Below, in pieces: positions 33,518-33,668 of a stretch of 33,668 nucleotides of DNA. The notes below the pieces were generated by a model. That model had not been told where the DNA came from. It saw nothing but the letters and a program-made list of their open reading frames with translations, and ran no database searches. Numbering within the stretch: the stretch's first letter is position 1; each line of letters begins with the position of its first letter. Both the position numbers and the translations under genes were made by a program. This stretch comes from Octopus bimaculoides (Eukaryota): assembly GCF_001194135.2 (NCBI RefSeq), contig NC_068981.1, positions 38,324,623 through 38,358,290 of the forward strand. The letters are read 5' to 3'.

Positions 33518-33668
33518 TGTTGGGTGCATGTCTTCTTTCTTCTATTCCCTGACCTCTTCGATGCAGCATCAACGAGTGTCAGCGTCTGACTGATCGTCAT
33601 GTCAAGTTCCCCTTTTTATATCTGCTGCTAGGCTCCAGCAGGCAGCCCCGGCTAGTTGTCACGTGACA

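Larger units (their letters stand above)
33259..33668 (-). mobile_element. CpG-rich structured module, most likely the pseudo-LTR/terminal region of a Penelope-like element (runs off the window)
   Basis: On the minus strand: TATA-like GATATAAAAAGGGG (33609-33622), several hairpins, then two CUGANGA...GAAAC cores. TCACGTGACA occurs near both ends. Family assignment is inferred. Confidence 0.5.

Noticed and set aside
33367-33552. 61-aa plus-strand ORF in the terminal module
   Set aside because: It is the antisense of the GC-rich structured motif, where stop codons are rarer, and the peptide has no known pattern.

Overview
AT-rich, repeat-dense eukaryotic DNA that reads as intronic or intergenic. 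The SINE, mariner and Penelope sequences look like those I recognise from Octopus (coleoid cephalopod); this is recognition, not a database result. No intact protein-coding gene can be supported, and nearly all ORFs in the supplied track are translated microsatellites, low-complexity DNA or antisense to decayed transposons. Identifiable content: about a dozen tRNA-derived SINE copies or fragments with interchangeable tails, a 709-bp TA-flanked MITE, and decayed pieces of hAT, mariner, Ty3/Gypsy pol, two Penelope-like elements and probably a LINE endonuclease. Two structures stand out. One is a ~0.9-kb foldback (23031-23955) built from a ~350-bp unit that switches orientation. The other is a CpG-rich, highly structured module at the right edge (33259-33668) with two tandem hammerhead-like cores on the minus strand, each with an enlarged two-hairpin stem II, plus four E-boxes and a YY1 motif. 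All alignments, folds and translations were done by eye, so boundaries are approximate (about +/-10-20 bp) unless stated exactly.
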